A stretch of 63,986 nt of DNA, filler included, from Octopus bimaculoides (GCF_001194135.2; 8 parts of 7 records of this genome joined end to end with filler, not necessarily neighbours in it), one strand, 5' to 3'. Shown: positions 1 to 13,689, counted from the first letter of the whole stretch. Made by a program: numbers and translations. Notes: a model not told the origin generated them from the sequence alone.

Positions 1-53
<53 letters not shown>

Positions 54-59
54 TATATA
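1..59. repeat. (AC)n/(AT)n microsatellite
   Basis: Direct dinucleotide run. Confidence 0.95.
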
Positions 60-61
60 TG

Positions 62-205
62 TACAACGAGTGTTCTTTCTGTTTCCGTCTACCAAATCCA
101 TTGACAAGGCTTTGGTCGGTCCGAGGCTACAGAAGAAGACATTTGCCGAAGGTGTCACGCAATGGAACCGAACCCGGAACCAAGTAGTTTTGAGAATAAC
201 TTCCT
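62..205 (-). mobile_element. SINE family A, tRNA-like head
   Basis: TTTCCGTCTACCAAATCCA..AAGGCTTTGGTCGG.CCGAGGCTA..AGAAGACA matches copies at 15281, 28886, 41770 and 61608. Confidence 0.8.
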
Positions 206-819
206 CGTCCCCACTCCATAATCTTACAGGTCCTGAAAGAAGAATTGCCTCAGGCAACATCACTAAGATGCAAACAAAAACACCAAGTTTGAAAATAAAA
301 GTAGCATAGAATAACATCAGTTTCATCGGGTCTGGCCGGACACAAAACAATAACTACACCATAACGTAGCATTTGAAAGACAGGCGGTGTTGTTCTATCA
401 AATAATCTCTCTCTTTTTTTTTTTTGTCCCTACTGTCGATTTATTTCCGTTTTCTTTCTCTCTTATAAATTTTACATTTCATGGGTAACGAAAATTATTC
501 TTCAAGATTAAGCTTCAGACGAAACGTAGAATGAGATATTATAAAATATAAACAAATATAGCCGGGTATATTTCTGTCACCTGTAGGGCCGTTTTGATAT
601 TCACATATAACATTTTATATCTACAAATAAGTCATATTTAAAGTTAGTTGTAGTTAGGTTTATGTCTAGAGTTAAGTTAGTGCCAATATATTTGATAAAC
701 AGAGCATTAAAAAGTGGCCAAGCGATAATTATGCAGTATATAAAACCAGTATCAGATAATGACAAATATAAGGGAAAATATCCAGATCATATTCCAGTCT
801 TAAAATGAAACCATCAACA

Positions 820-820
<1 letters not shown>

Positions 821-898
<78 letters not shown>
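821..898. repeat. (TG)n microsatellite
   Basis: Direct run; explains ORFs 729..1001 and 824..1006. Confidence 0.95.
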
Positions 899-902
<4 letters not shown>

Positions 903-1276
903 CTCAAAGCGACAGGAAAAGTACGGTAAAATTACTGTGGAGTGAAGTAACCAACGTTTCAGAGAGTCTTTCTTCAGATTGCTCATTGCTGCTTTTCTCA
1001 ATATAAGTCTTCTTGCTAGAAACGACCACCAGCCTCCTTGGATTCTGGTTTATACCTGCTACCATTGGTTTCACGCAAAAACGTGTACGATGTTCAGGCG
1101 AATGGCTAATTCACTTATGCCGAATGACAATTAATGCCGAATGACAATTAACACTTACGAGAGGACTATAAGCTATAATCTTATAAATTGTAGACTTTAT
1201 TTAAACCCTTCGGCATAAGTGAATTACTCATTCGCCTGAAGATCGTACACATGTGTGCATGAAACAAATGGTAGCA

Positions 1277-1341
<65 letters not shown>

Positions 1342-1342
1342 G

Positions 1343-1532
1343 TAGGCGAACTGGCAGAAACGTTAGCATGCCGGACGAAATGCCTAGTGGTGTTTCGTCT
1401 GCCGCTACGTTCTGAGTTTGCCTTTCATCCTTTCGGGGTCGATTAAATAAGTACCAGTTAATCACTGGGGTCGATTTAATCGACTTAATCCCCTTGTCTG
1501 TCTTTGTTTGTCCCCTCTATGTTTAGCCCCCT
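1343..1532 (+). mobile_element. SINE family B, internally deleted
   Basis: GGCAGAA.CGTTAGCA head and TTTGCCTTTCATCCTTTCGGGGTCGAT.AAATAAGTACCAG core shared with 38622 and 47650. Confidence 0.85.
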
Positions 1533-2000
1533 GTGGGCAATATATATATAAACAATGCATTTCAAATTTCTACATTGTATTGTGTGACTGAAGTCTAGTT
1601 GTATCAGAACTGACAACAAATTAATGAATATATTATTTACTTCTTAACGATGCGTTGGTCACGTCCTCTAAAATGCTTAGGTGGATGTAACAACACGGAA
1701 TAAAGATATAATCGGTTGAAATGAACCTGTTAGATTTTACATGTCTTCATAGAAGTCATACATATTACAGAGCCGGTGTTAGAATAAGAGGTGTTGTCAT
1801 TTTGTTCGATACTGCGATACTGCGATACTTCGATGCCAGAAAATTCTTTGAAATTTATTTGTCACAGTCTGCAGGAATTTTCGAATAGAATGTACTTAAT
1901 TTCAGAATTGTTAGCAATAGTTGATATTTTTAATTATCTTGTGAATAAAAATGTATGAGAGAATATTACGAATAGCAATTTAAATAGTCTGAAATATTAC

Positions 2001-2973
2001 TTTCAAATTTTGGCACGAGGCCAGCAATTTTGGAGAAGTAAGTTGATTGCACTGACTCCAGTGTTCAACTAGTCCTTTTCTTATCGACTCTGAAAGGATA
2101 AAGGACAAATTGACCTTCACGGTATTTGAACTCTGAACATAAAGATTCCTGAAATGCCGCCATGCATTTTGCCTGGCGTGATAACGATTCTTCGAGCTTG
2201 CCGCCTTAAAGAACTTGAAATATTAGCTTCAAATTTTGGCACTACGCCAGCAATTTCGGGGCGGAGGTAAGTTGATTACATCGAACCCACTGTTCAAATG
2301 ATACTTATTTTATCGAGTCCGAAAGAGCGAAAGGCAAAGTCGACCTCAACGGAATTTGAACTCAGAACATAAAGACGGGAAAATGCCGCTGTGCTAACGA
2401 TTCTGCCAGCTTACCGCCTTAGAGAAATTGAAATATTCTTTTCTACTCTCGGCACAAGATCCAAAATTTTTGAAGAGCGGACCAGTCGATTAGATCGATC
2501 CCCCAGTACGAAACTGGTACTTAATTTATCGACCCCGAAAAAATGAAAGGCGAAGTCAACTTCAGCGGAATTTGAACTCAGAACGTGAAAGACAGTCAAA
2601 ATACCGCTAAGGATTTCGCCCGGCGTGCTAACGTTTCTGCCAAGTCTCCGCCATATACACCTGAAATATTAAAAGAACACATATGAAGTTAAAACAAAAT
2701 TAATTTGTAAACTTTTGGTTGATGTAATTACGTTTAGCACTGCATCCTCGGTAACAATTTCTTTCTGCTATAGACACAAAACCTGGGATTTTGGATAAAA
2801 TTGACGATAGTCGATTACATCGACCCCCAGCAATCAACTGGTGTTCATTTTATCGACCCCGAAATTATAAAAGAGAAAATCGACTTCAGTAGCATTTAAA
2901 CTCAGAACGGAAAGCCGAAGAAAAGCTGCTAAGAATTTTATTCGGCATGCTCATGATTCTGTCAGCTGTCTGC
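2001..2973 (-). mobile_element. Cluster of four SINE family B copies (about 2001-2206, 2228-2420, 2443-2653, 2765-2973)
   Basis: Each contains a diverged ..TTATCGAC.CCGAAA..AAAGGC.AAGTCGAC.TC..CGGAATTTGAACTC(A)GAAC reverse-complement core. Confidence 0.85.
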
Positions 2974-3374
2974 TTTATTTCTCAGTAACTTAATTAGGAA
3001 AAAAGGTAGGGAAAATTTTTAATTAATAATTTTTTAAATCTATTTTCTTGTAGTTGTTAGTGGCGAGATATACCGTGTGTATCGCATTTAATGAGCAGCG
3101 TTTCTATATGGGATTTTATTTCAAAATTCGTCGACGGTTGGAGGCGAGATTAGAGGGTTTATATTTAGGTATTTGTCCATTTTGTTAAATGCAGACATGC
3201 ATTTGACACCGCTGTGTGGGTTACTTTTACTTTTCTATGTTTAGCAGCCCAAAGGCTGAGGCCATGCTGGGGCACTGCAATTATTTAGTTTTATTTTCTT
3301 TTTATTTTAGTTGGTTTAAATATTTTTCCCTATTGTTAGACAGATACATACATCGACAGAAATTTAAGTAGAAT

Positions 3375-3376
<2 letters not shown>

Positions 3377-3406
<30 letters not shown>

Positions 3407-3670
3407 TTAGATAGATAGATAGATAGGTAGGTAGGTAGGGAGTTATGTTGGCGGGAATGGCTAGAGGTTTTATTGTAAGTTGAAGGGGCTATATTAATGA
3501 TGGTTTGTCATAGATTATGTTCATCGGGATTGTTTTTTGTAAGGAATTTAATTCATGAGAAGGTTAGTAGTTGAAGATTATTTTTGTGTAGAGGAATAAT
3601 TAATTATAATCCTATGGTGCGTTTACTATTATTGTTACTGCGCATTTGCAATATAGTGAGGGAGGTTATA

Positions 3671-3714
<44 letters not shown>
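3377..3714. repeat. (AGAT)n/(AGGT)n at 3377-3438 and (GATT)n at 3668-3714
   Basis: Direct tetranucleotide runs. Confidence 0.9.
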
Positions 3715-4186
3715 AATTGCACCTTCAATACTGCCTACGTGGATTTTTACATCTCAAAAATCAAATGTTACAGAAAAATATACACTTTCATACAATTTTC
3801 AAAGAATCGTGGTATTTCCTCCGGTAATGCTAGTTGTTAATAATAAAAACCAAACTATATATGTTAAAGAGAATATATATATAACAATAATACATATTCT
3901 CTTCTCTCGAGAAAAGTGAATAATTATTTATAAACAAACTTACACCTCGCCACATTTGTTCACGTTTACACACTCATACACCAACAACCTCCAACACAAA
4001 CATGATCAAGTGCTTCAATGAAAGTGAGAGGTGTGAGTGAGAGAGCTGGGGGTCGATTGCTAGTTCTCAATATGTCTTCTCTAAATCATAACAAGCTGTT
4101 TTATCATCAATTATCGCTTACGTTCTCTCTCGTCAATTCAACAAATTACACGTTCATTCTTCCTACCAGTCCATTTTTAGAAATGA

Positions 4187-4909
4187 TAACAACAACAACA
4201 ACAACAACAACAATAATAATAATAATAATCCATCTCTCCCAATCTTTATCTACAAACTTCCTTCTCTTTCTTTTTCTGTCTCTCTCCTACACACACACAC
4301 GCACGCACATACACACAGACACACATACACACAAACACACACAGAGTTATCTTTGCTTCTCTCTCTGTCTATCTTTCTGTAATTCATCTCTTCAATATTT
4401 GTGCATATTTTTTTTCTCTTCTTTTTTCTTGCAAATAATTTTGTATGCATTTTGTTTTGTTATTTTTGCTTCATATTATATTTACTTTTCTTTTTATCGT
4501 CTCTCTCATATTTTTTTAAAGAGAATTTCATTTATTGTATAATTTCTTCTTATTTTTTTTTTCCATCTCAAATTCATAATCTTGGAGAATTGCAGTAAAA
4601 GACGCAAATAAGGAATAATAATAAAAAAATACTAAAAATATAAGAAAATAAAGGAAATAAAAATTCTATTCAAGAACTATTTATTGGCATATTTCACATT
4701 TCCTCTTCAGAGTGTATGTGTAAATTTTGGTTTTGTTTCTAGTGTTTATTAATTTTCTTTAGTTTTCTTATCCCTCCCCAAATTTGTGTAAATGTTTGAC
4801 GTCAGTTTTTTTTATCATTATTTTTCTTACTTTCTCTTATTTTCTCTTACTCTCCCTTTTGCTTCTGTCTCTCTCTTCCTAACTACGTGTCTCCCCGCCT
4901 TGCTAAATG

Positions 4910-4940
<31 letters not shown>

Positions 4941-5460
4941 TTGTTTTCATCTCTCACTTTCACTTCACTTTTTCTTCCTTCTCTCTCAAATTTCTTTCAC
5001 TTTTTCTTCTACTTTCACTTTCACTTCTAACCACTCTCTGCTTCTATCTATCTTTTTCTTATCAATCATATAAATTTCGACCCTTTTCTTTCATTTGCTT
5101 TGATTCTTCATTTATTTACATTTTCTTTTCAATATTCTTCTCAAATTTCCTTTTTACATTATCTTTCTTATATTTGTTTTATATATATACATGTGTGTAT
5201 GTGTGTGTGTGTATCTATGTGTATATGTTCATATTTTCAGTTTTCTAATAATTTTCACAACTCTCCCCATCGTCTTTAAGGCTATATAACTCTTCTTCCT
5301 TTCGTTTTCCTTTCCAATACCATTTATCATCACTTTTTCTCTTTCTTCCAACAACTCCCTCTACCTCCCTCCCTCTCTCTTTCTCTCTCTCTCTCTCTCC
5401 TTTCCTCGTTCCCTTATATAGCCTCACTTTGTCTTTCTCACACTTACACAAATACACCTA
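4187..5460. repeat. Low-complexity pyrimidine-rich tract with (AAC/AAT)n, (CT)n and (AC)n
   Basis: Strong C/T bias on the + strand; source of several F/L/S-rich spurious ORFs. Confidence 0.85.
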
Positions 5461-6584
5461 GTCTTTTTACTCTCAGTGTTACTCACATACTCTTTACGTT
5501 TCTCTTTGTTTTTTAGTCCTCTATTTTCATCATTACCGTTTTCATTATTCCTCTTTATTTTTCTAGTCTCCATATTTATGATTGAACTTTTTTCTAATTT
5601 TTATTTTTCTTACATTATAACCTAATTGAAATTATCATTAAAAAAATAACGGAGTGAACAAGGGAAAAAAACAAACGCTGAAAAATTTAAAAAAATACTC
5701 TACAGAAATGAAACCAAATCAAGACAAACAAAAACATTAACATGAAACTTTTATCAAACTACTTAGAACTGGCTAAGAATATACCGATCAAAACCTCATG
5801 TAAATATAAACACATAAATGAAGTTAATATTCCAATCAATCTTCAAGACGCTAGTGTAGTTTCTTTTTATTTAATATGATTGTAATTGTTATAGATATTT
5901 TTTATTGACTATTTTTGCTATAACAGCCGATACTACCCTATTAATATTAATCTCATTGAATTTCTATGTTTATCAATAGTAGGTTTACATAAGTCGTTTA
6001 GCTGGAAACTTTAAATGTAAGATTCTTATCTGAATGCAACCTATGTAATTACGGTCGCTTTTTATTATCACCTTGTTTATACAATGAATTGTTCCGTTAT
6101 TTTCCTATATTATGGCCATATATTTTTTGTCTAATTTTGTTATAATCCTATGTTTTTATTGAATGTTGTTCTTCCCCTATTCTCTTGTCCAACGCTGTTA
6201 TGTCATTTCAGGTCAGAATCAAAATGTAAACTGTATATTCTTAAAGTATCAGACATCATGGACACTTCGTTGAAGTCTTTTTAATGACATATGCAATGTC
6301 AAATTGCTTGGAGGTTACAGGTTATTCTCGCTGTATCCTTAATTCAATTGATCACGGTATCTGGGCCTTTAAAAATCTGAAAACCTTCTTACGATTTAAA
6401 GAATGATTATTAAACAGGATGAACAAAACGGGATGCTTTCTTTCACACCCTTGCTACCAAGTAGGTGGCCGGATAAACTTTACTATAAATTAAAAAGAGT
6501 AAGAGAAAAACATACATACATACATACATGATACTTACAAGCGTACGTACGTGCAGGCATACATACATACAAACATACATACAT

Positions 6585-6810
6585 ACTCCTTCCTGAGTCG
6601 TATAAATTCATAGGGTCGGTTTCCCGGTTTTTGTGACGTATATATTCCCGGCAACCTGGAAGTGACGCCGGTCTGTCGTAGGAATACACCCTTTCGCCAG
6701 CGGACTGGAGCAACGTGAAATGACGTTTTGCATCACCTAGTCGAGGAATCGAAACCACAATCTTATAATCATTAGTTCATCAGCTTAACCAATAAGATAT
6801 GCGCTTTCAC
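6585..6810 (-). mobile_element. SINE family C
   Basis: GGACTGGAGCAACGTGAAATG..GGAATCGAAACCAC..CCTTCAC-type end shared with 10865, 44170 and 57905. Confidence 0.65.
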
Positions 6811-6850
6811 TATATATGTGTGTGTGTGTGTTCATTTGTATGTATATATA

Positions 6851-6950
6851 NNNNNNNNNNNNNNNNNNNNNNNNNNNNNNNNNNNNNNNNNNNNTTAATT
6901 AATTAANNNNNNNNNNNNNNNNNNNNNNNNNNNNNNNNNNNNNNNNNNNN
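6851..6950. other. Artificial scaffold linker N44-TTAATTAATTAA-N44 (also 28595-28694, 38275-38374, 45843-45942, 53338-53437, 59406-59505, 62770-62869)
   Basis: Seven identical 100-bp blocks carrying a six-frame stop 12-mer. Confidence 0.95.
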
Positions 6951-6979
6951 CAGATATTTATATATGTATATATACATAT

Positions 6980-7013
<34 letters not shown>

Positions 7014-7804
7014 GTACATACATATGCATATATATTTATACATATACATAAACATATACATAGATCTGCATATTTCTATATATATATGTATATATTTATA
7101 TGTATATATATCTAATATGTATATTTATATATATGTATGTATAAAATCTATGAACAGAAATGAAAGAAATGAGGTATGTCCAGCTTAGTATCAGAAATTT
7201 TAAATAGTGTTAGTAATAGAGGCATGAAGGCTTGGCTAGTTGTTGGCATCGTCAGATAGAGGAAAGCGCTCCTCTTGCGTCGTTCAAAAGTCAGTGGGTT
7301 CCCTGTGTTTGGGTAGAAGGCTTTGGTACAAGATAAGAAGAGCGTATTTTGGTGTTGAAGTACAAGCATTAGGTTTGGTAAAGAAGATTGTAAATTGCTT
7401 ACATGCAAAAGACTACGCATTCAACTGCAGAGATGGAGGAAATCAGAGAGGTGTAGACGAAACAGCAGGAGGAGGAGAAGGAATAGAAGAAAAATAATAA
7501 CAATTACAAGAAAATATTTGTTAAACGTAAACGTGAGCCAAACTTAAGTTTACGACAGGACAATACGTGGCAGTTTACGTTAATTATAATACTATTATTA
7601 TTTCTAATATTTCAAGGTTCTTAATCTGTTATGAAAGTATTCGTCAATTTATCTATCAATGTGTATCAGAATAAATGTATACATACAACCATATATATGT
7701 ATGTGTGTGTGTGTGTGTGTGCTTTTGTGCCTATATATATAATGTATACATACATACACACACGCACACATATAAGGATGGGATAGATATGCATCTATAT
7801 ATAG

Positions 7805-7836
<32 letters not shown>

Positions 7837-7854
7837 GAATAAAAAAGGGGTTTG

Positions 7855-7917
<63 letters not shown>

Positions 7918-7928
7918 AAAGGGGTTTG

Positions 7929-7970
<42 letters not shown>

Positions 7971-9342
7971 TAGATGGGTATGTATGATTCAAGACATTAC
8001 AAAATGAGTCTCAGTAGAGATATATTAATCTAAAGTGATATGGAATAATATGATTTATTGCTATCGATATTCTGCCTGTAGTTTTTTTTTTCTTTCCTTT
8101 CAAATTAGAAGTAAATTCCTTTTCTCGTGTACAATGGCGCCTCATATTCTTGTTGTGACTATAATGCTATAACAGAGAGAATATAATATAAAATAAATCA
8201 TTCTAAACACATACAGACGTATACGTATGTTTAGATGTGTCTTTGTGAACCTGTGTGTGTATGCATTTCGTGCGTGTTCTAGGAACGGGAGTTGTTTGTT
8301 TATAAGTCTGTATACACCCTTTCACACGCATCCAAACACACGTCTGTATGCTTATATCAGTCGCATACTGGCTTTCCGACAACGTTAAACTACAACTGTT
8401 TGCAAGATGGTATATTCCTGTTATTCCTATAAAAAATGTTTTAAAAAACCACGTGCATCTAACTCCAATGACGATCTAATAATTCCACAACAATGCACTA
8501 TGAAGGAATGAAATAAAGCAAAAGCTTCGACTTCTCTAAGTAAAAACAAAAAATCTGCAGAACGGAAACGATGAATATTAACATCAGGTTAAAATCATAT
8601 TTAACAGAACCCGTGAACTCCGTGTTTCAGCTGCTTGTCAGATGTCAGCGCTTTCTCAACACCTTAAGATAAGGCCAGTATTTGCAATGGTTTTACTCAA
8701 CATTAGAAAAGATAGTCTAACATCGCTTTGAAATATTAAAACAGCTTTATTAAGTGTTTGTTCTCAGACTACAAATCACGATATCATATGAACAGTAATT
8801 GATAGTAAATTAACTTTGACGAATTAGATAATAATAAATAAAATAGAAGTTACGTACTGTGATGATGCGTACTAATATGCAAGATGAAAACTTAAACTAC
8901 AAACAAATAATTACCTATAAATCAAACTTAGTATAAAGCTATATAGATCTATAGATTTTATATTAATAAGTAAATTATTATACACAGATATTTGATTCAC
9001 AGCGACAAAATACTAATGCATTAAAATAAAGTAAGAAATCTTTGTTCAGTGGAGAGAGAACTCCTGTCGTTCTGGTTCCAACATGCGAAAAAAAGACTTT
9101 TCTTTGAATAAGCGCTCCTAGCGGAGGAAAATAAGATGCAAAGACGGAAGTGATCATCACTAGCTAATGAGGGACGGGGTTGGGGCACAAGCTGTGGGTA
9201 AGGCAACACTCGAGAAATGCATACATTCTTTAATTAGCCTCATTCAACCTAAGCTGATTTAAATATTAATTAGCAATAATTTACAATCAATCTTAAGCAT
9301 CTACTTTCTACTGAATTGAAGTCTTGACATTACTCCGAACAT

Positions 9343-9625
9343 AATTTGCTTCAGCTTTATTTTACATTAATCGTATTTCGGCGAGAGTTCTTTCGTCACA
9401 CTTCTGTGACCTCATCAGTGGTCCTTTGCTTTCTTCTGTCTTATTTGTCTGTCTTTCCTTACTAATGATCAGCTATTTTGTATGGTTGATTATTAGTATG
9501 GCCGAAATACATTTAATATAAAATAAAGCTGAAGCAAATTAACACCAAATATAGTGCGTATGCCTTTATTGGCTAAAATGGAAACATGACCGTCCCCAAA
9601 TACAACAATATTTGTTTCAACACAC
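9343..9625. mobile_element. Short HHR-bearing repeat with 40-bp inverted arms (9343-9382 / 9501-9540); second copy at about 24490-24790
   Basis: Arms match at 37/40 positions; the interior is nearly identical to 24636-24785. Confidence 0.75.
9380..9424 (-). ncRNA. Minimal type I hammerhead-like motif (one stem I mismatch)
   Basis: Minus strand GGACCA-CUGAUGA-G-GUCAC(agaagu)GUGAC-GAAA-G(AA)CU-C-UCGCC. Confidence 0.55.
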
Positions 9626-10118
9626 GATTTCACATCAAGAATGTTGCAAAACGAATATATAAACGTATATATATATATGAACAGTTAAAATACAAACACA
9701 GTTTGTATTTCAACTGCATAGAATTATACATTACACCCCTCTGTATTGGTTTACTCTGTGGTTTGTAGCCCGGTCAACTAAAGAAACTTTTTTGTGAGTA
9801 CCATTTAGCCATTGGATTATCTAAATCCCTATGTTGTCCATTAAATTTATATATACTTAGATACTTTGATATGTTTCGCTCAGAATTTGCCGAAAACATG
9901 GCTAACGTAATGGCACCATCTGGAAAATACATACAATGATGTTTCATATTACAGTCGTTCTTTGCCCACGAAAGACCTTTCAAGTAAAGAGTTATTGTGT
10001 GTAGAGTTATATTCGTGGTAGGTGGTCCAGCTGGGACTCGTTGGAACTGTTCATTCTGGAGGAGTGTAAATGTTATAAAATGTGAATATACACACACACA
10101 CATATATACACCCACGCC

Positions 10119-10149
<31 letters not shown>

Positions 10150-10864
10150 GAGTGTGTGCATAATGTGTACACAAACATACCTACATTCATACACTATAAA
10201 TAGTTTATATATATATTGTGTGTGTGTGTGGGGGGGTGTACAGTAAAGATGAGGTAAGCAGACAGCAAAAGTCTTGTTATCATCCAGACTCATTATTAGA
10301 TAGTTTCAGTGATCTTAAGTAAAACCTCTCAAGGGAAGACAAAATTTATCGCCAAGAACATATGCAAGTGACAGAAAGCAATTACTTGAAATCTCCATCA
10401 AAAAGGAGCTCAAAATTGCACCAAAGGTTATCTTCTCTTCTGAATGAGATTTATTTCATTTTGTGTTAGTTATAACAGTTTTGTGAGGAGATTAAATATG
10501 AACTTCGATGACGACACATTATAACACATGAGAATAGATCAACGCAGTGGCCAAAAGGTGAACGCGGTGAAGACGTTAAACTTTTCTGTCTCATTAAAGT
10601 AAATAACAACGATTTATGGTGATCTATAGCTTTAACACGTGACCATATATTTAATGAGCGAGAGCAGTTGATTGGACGTTGTCCAACACGTGACTAATAT
10701 ATACGGTATGGGGCCCGGGAGAATGAACTGTAATGTCGACCACCGAATATGAATAGACGTAACTATATATATTAGTTCATTGAACGTTGCTCTACCGATT
10801 CTGTTAAACGTTCTATTGTAGAATTAAATTATATTATTAGAGACATAGTTGGACACTTTTAAGA

Positions 10865-11050
10865 AACAGAACCTCCGTCGGTTACGACGACGAGTGATCC
10901 AGTTGATCCCATAAACAGAACCGGCGGAGTGGACTGGAGGAATGGGAAATAAAATGTCTTGCTCACATACACAACGCACCGCCGGAATTAAACTCACGAA
11001 CTTATGATCGTTAGCCAAGTACCCTTTACTACTAAGCCACGCACCTTCAC
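10865..11050 (-). mobile_element. SINE family C
   Basis: GAGTGGACTGGAG..AATGTCTTGCTCA..ACACAACGCACCGCCGGAATT..AAGCCACGCACCTTCAC. Confidence 0.7.
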
Positions 11051-11461
11051 CTGCACACAGTACATATCTTATCTTGTTATATGACAAATCAGAGATTTCT
11101 CTTTATCATTTCACAGTTAGAATATATTATGATAAGTAGGAGAGAATTTCGTTGCACTAACTACAACCTGACACCAGATTTGGAGGCACTGCTCCAGTAT
11201 GGTCTTGGCAATGATGACTAGAGCAAATTGAAGATTAAAAAAAAGGAAATTCAATTATTATAGCAATGAATTGAAGGTGGTTGAAGAAGATAACAGGACT
11301 ATATTTCACAAAAAAAAGTCCTCAACATAAATTAACATAAGTGTATATTTTTTTGAAATTCGATCTATGACAATTTTATATGAATTTGATTGTATATATG
11401 TTAAAGATGATCCCAAAATCGGTGTTGAGAATTTGTCTTCCATACATTGATATAAACGTGC

Positions 11462-11498
<37 letters not shown>

Positions 11499-12774
11499 CG
11501 AGTGTTTTTGCGTGCGTGCCTATTCTATAGACATATATATTCTCCAGGCACAAATACACGATGACATTTTAACATCTATCGTCTCCCCAAACTGCGGTCT
11601 CGTCTCTAAATCTTAACCAAACAGCTGTGACTGCAGCATGAATATCATACAAATATTTCGACGCCTTCAATCTACAATAAACTCCAAACTTTTATATATA
11701 ATCGAGGAGCGGAGATGGCAACGAAGAAAACTTGTATGCTTGCGTTTGTTCTACTTTCTCGTTAAACATCAGAATCTCTCTCTGATCACGCCCACTGCCA
11801 TGGAATGATGAAAGATACTTTGCACAATGTGACTCAAAGTACTGAAAGAAAATAGCTGTTGTGGCGTTGGAAGGAAAATAGCTGCTGTTGCGTCTTTCGT
11901 TATCGACTTGTCCCACTATGGCTGCCCAAGGTTAAACAATAAAAAACTGCTCAGCTTCAACGTTTTTTATTTTCCCTAAAATTATGGAATGCCGGTTTTG
12001 TTTTGTTCGGGTCAGTCTCCGGAGCTCAATCCTATTTCAGATTTGCATTCGATAATGTTTTAGTGAGATATTATTTATTCGTCACACTCCAAAAACGGCA
12101 TGCATTAAATCATTGATCAAAACACAACAAAAGGAAACCAGCACAGTTTATAAAATGATAAAAGCAATGTAGACTTTGAGGTTAATCATGTGACCAGTGG
12201 CTGATAATTTCATTGCGTTTATCGACAGGACTTTTTGTAGTCTTAATAAGAATAACTAATTTAATTTCAGCAGATATCACAATGTTTTACTAAAACAAAT
12301 ATCACGATATTTGCAGAGTTTGTAATTCCTTTCTCGGAATGAGACTAATTTGTGGAAACTTGTAAGTTGATAACAGTGATACATTCACTTCTGTGAGTGT
12401 GTATGCGTGTGCGTGTGAGTGTGTATGTGTGTGTATAAGTGAGCGTGAGATGAAAGCGTTAGGCTCACGAATGTTTGATCGTGTTTCGTTCCTCGACTGG
12501 GTGACACGTTGTCTCCTAGAGTCTGACACGTAGTACCAGTACATTCAGAGGTAAACAACGGCCACCTTACCCCTGGGACAATTCTCTCTCCCCACCCCAG
12601 CTCTCACATTCGTGATGTCTCACCGGATGAGGAGTGCGAGAGACGACAGGGTATTTACGTCTCCCCGTATCTCAGCAGAAATTACAGAAAACGTATGGTA
12701 CAATCTGCCAAGCCAAACAATTTTATTTTCTCCATCACAAAATGGTTTAGACAGAAGTATATGATATTGTGATT

Positions 12775-12891
12775 ATCATTATTTTTATTCACATACACTC
12801 AACAGATTAGCCTGTTGGAAAAGAAAAGAATCCTAGCATCGGGTTACAACAAGTAGCCTTAGATGGCAAGAACCCTCCTCAGTATCCTAGC

Positions 12892-12894
<3 letters not shown>
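12775..12894 (-). mobile_element. Extreme 3' fragment of an R4/Dong-like non-LTR element next to (ATT)n at 12895-12932
   Basis: Minus strand encodes ARILRRVLAI*, matching the C-terminus TRILRRVLEA* at 56.6 kb; 5' junction is the (AAT)n array. Confidence 0.6.
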
Positions 12895-12931
<37 letters not shown>

Positions 12932-13088
12932 TATACGAAGATATTGAAAATTAGTAATAAAGGTGTTTTCTTGTACTTTTCAAGAGGATGCTGTGATCCG
13001 CTAATAATATGACTGATACTTTACCATTCATTTCATACAATAAACATCACATCTCACTCGATCTGACCATGTATATGTATGTATATAA

Positions 13089-13134
<46 letters not shown>

Positions 13135-13689
13135 TTGGAAAATACCGCACGGTGAACAGGAATACATAAGTATACATGTCTATATGTAGATGTGTTCACA
13201 CACCCACGCAGCCTCAGACGCAAATGAATAAGTACATCCTATATGTGCTCCTGCCGTCTTATTGATAAACTTTTACACTTATTGGAGCGAAGGGATAAAA
13301 ATGTCCATAGTGTGTAATAGTTACATCAGAATAATATATCAGTCGAAGAGCTGACAAGAAGCGTTTCCTAGGCTGGATTCCATCGCTAATATCTGCGCGT
13401 GACTGGACGTCGGAATGGGATCATAAAAATTTCTTATCGATTGTCTGTAGGGTTTTCATATCGATCTGCTATTACTTCTGTATCGACCACTAGTACCACA
13501 TACATGCAACTATGTCTATGTGTGTGTGTGAGTCTGTGTTTGTGAGTGTACGGAAATGTTAACATGCGTGTATATGTGTTTTATCGTAGATGTATATGTA
13601 TCTATTTACGTATCTATATAAGCACTCGGCGTACTACCGACATCGGATAAAAGACTTCCAACTTGTATATAATTCTAATCGTTATCATC

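Noticed and set aside
7838-7965. AATAAAAAAGGGGTTTGT + (TA)n repeated twice
   Set aside because: Slippage or assembly duplication inside a (TA)n array.
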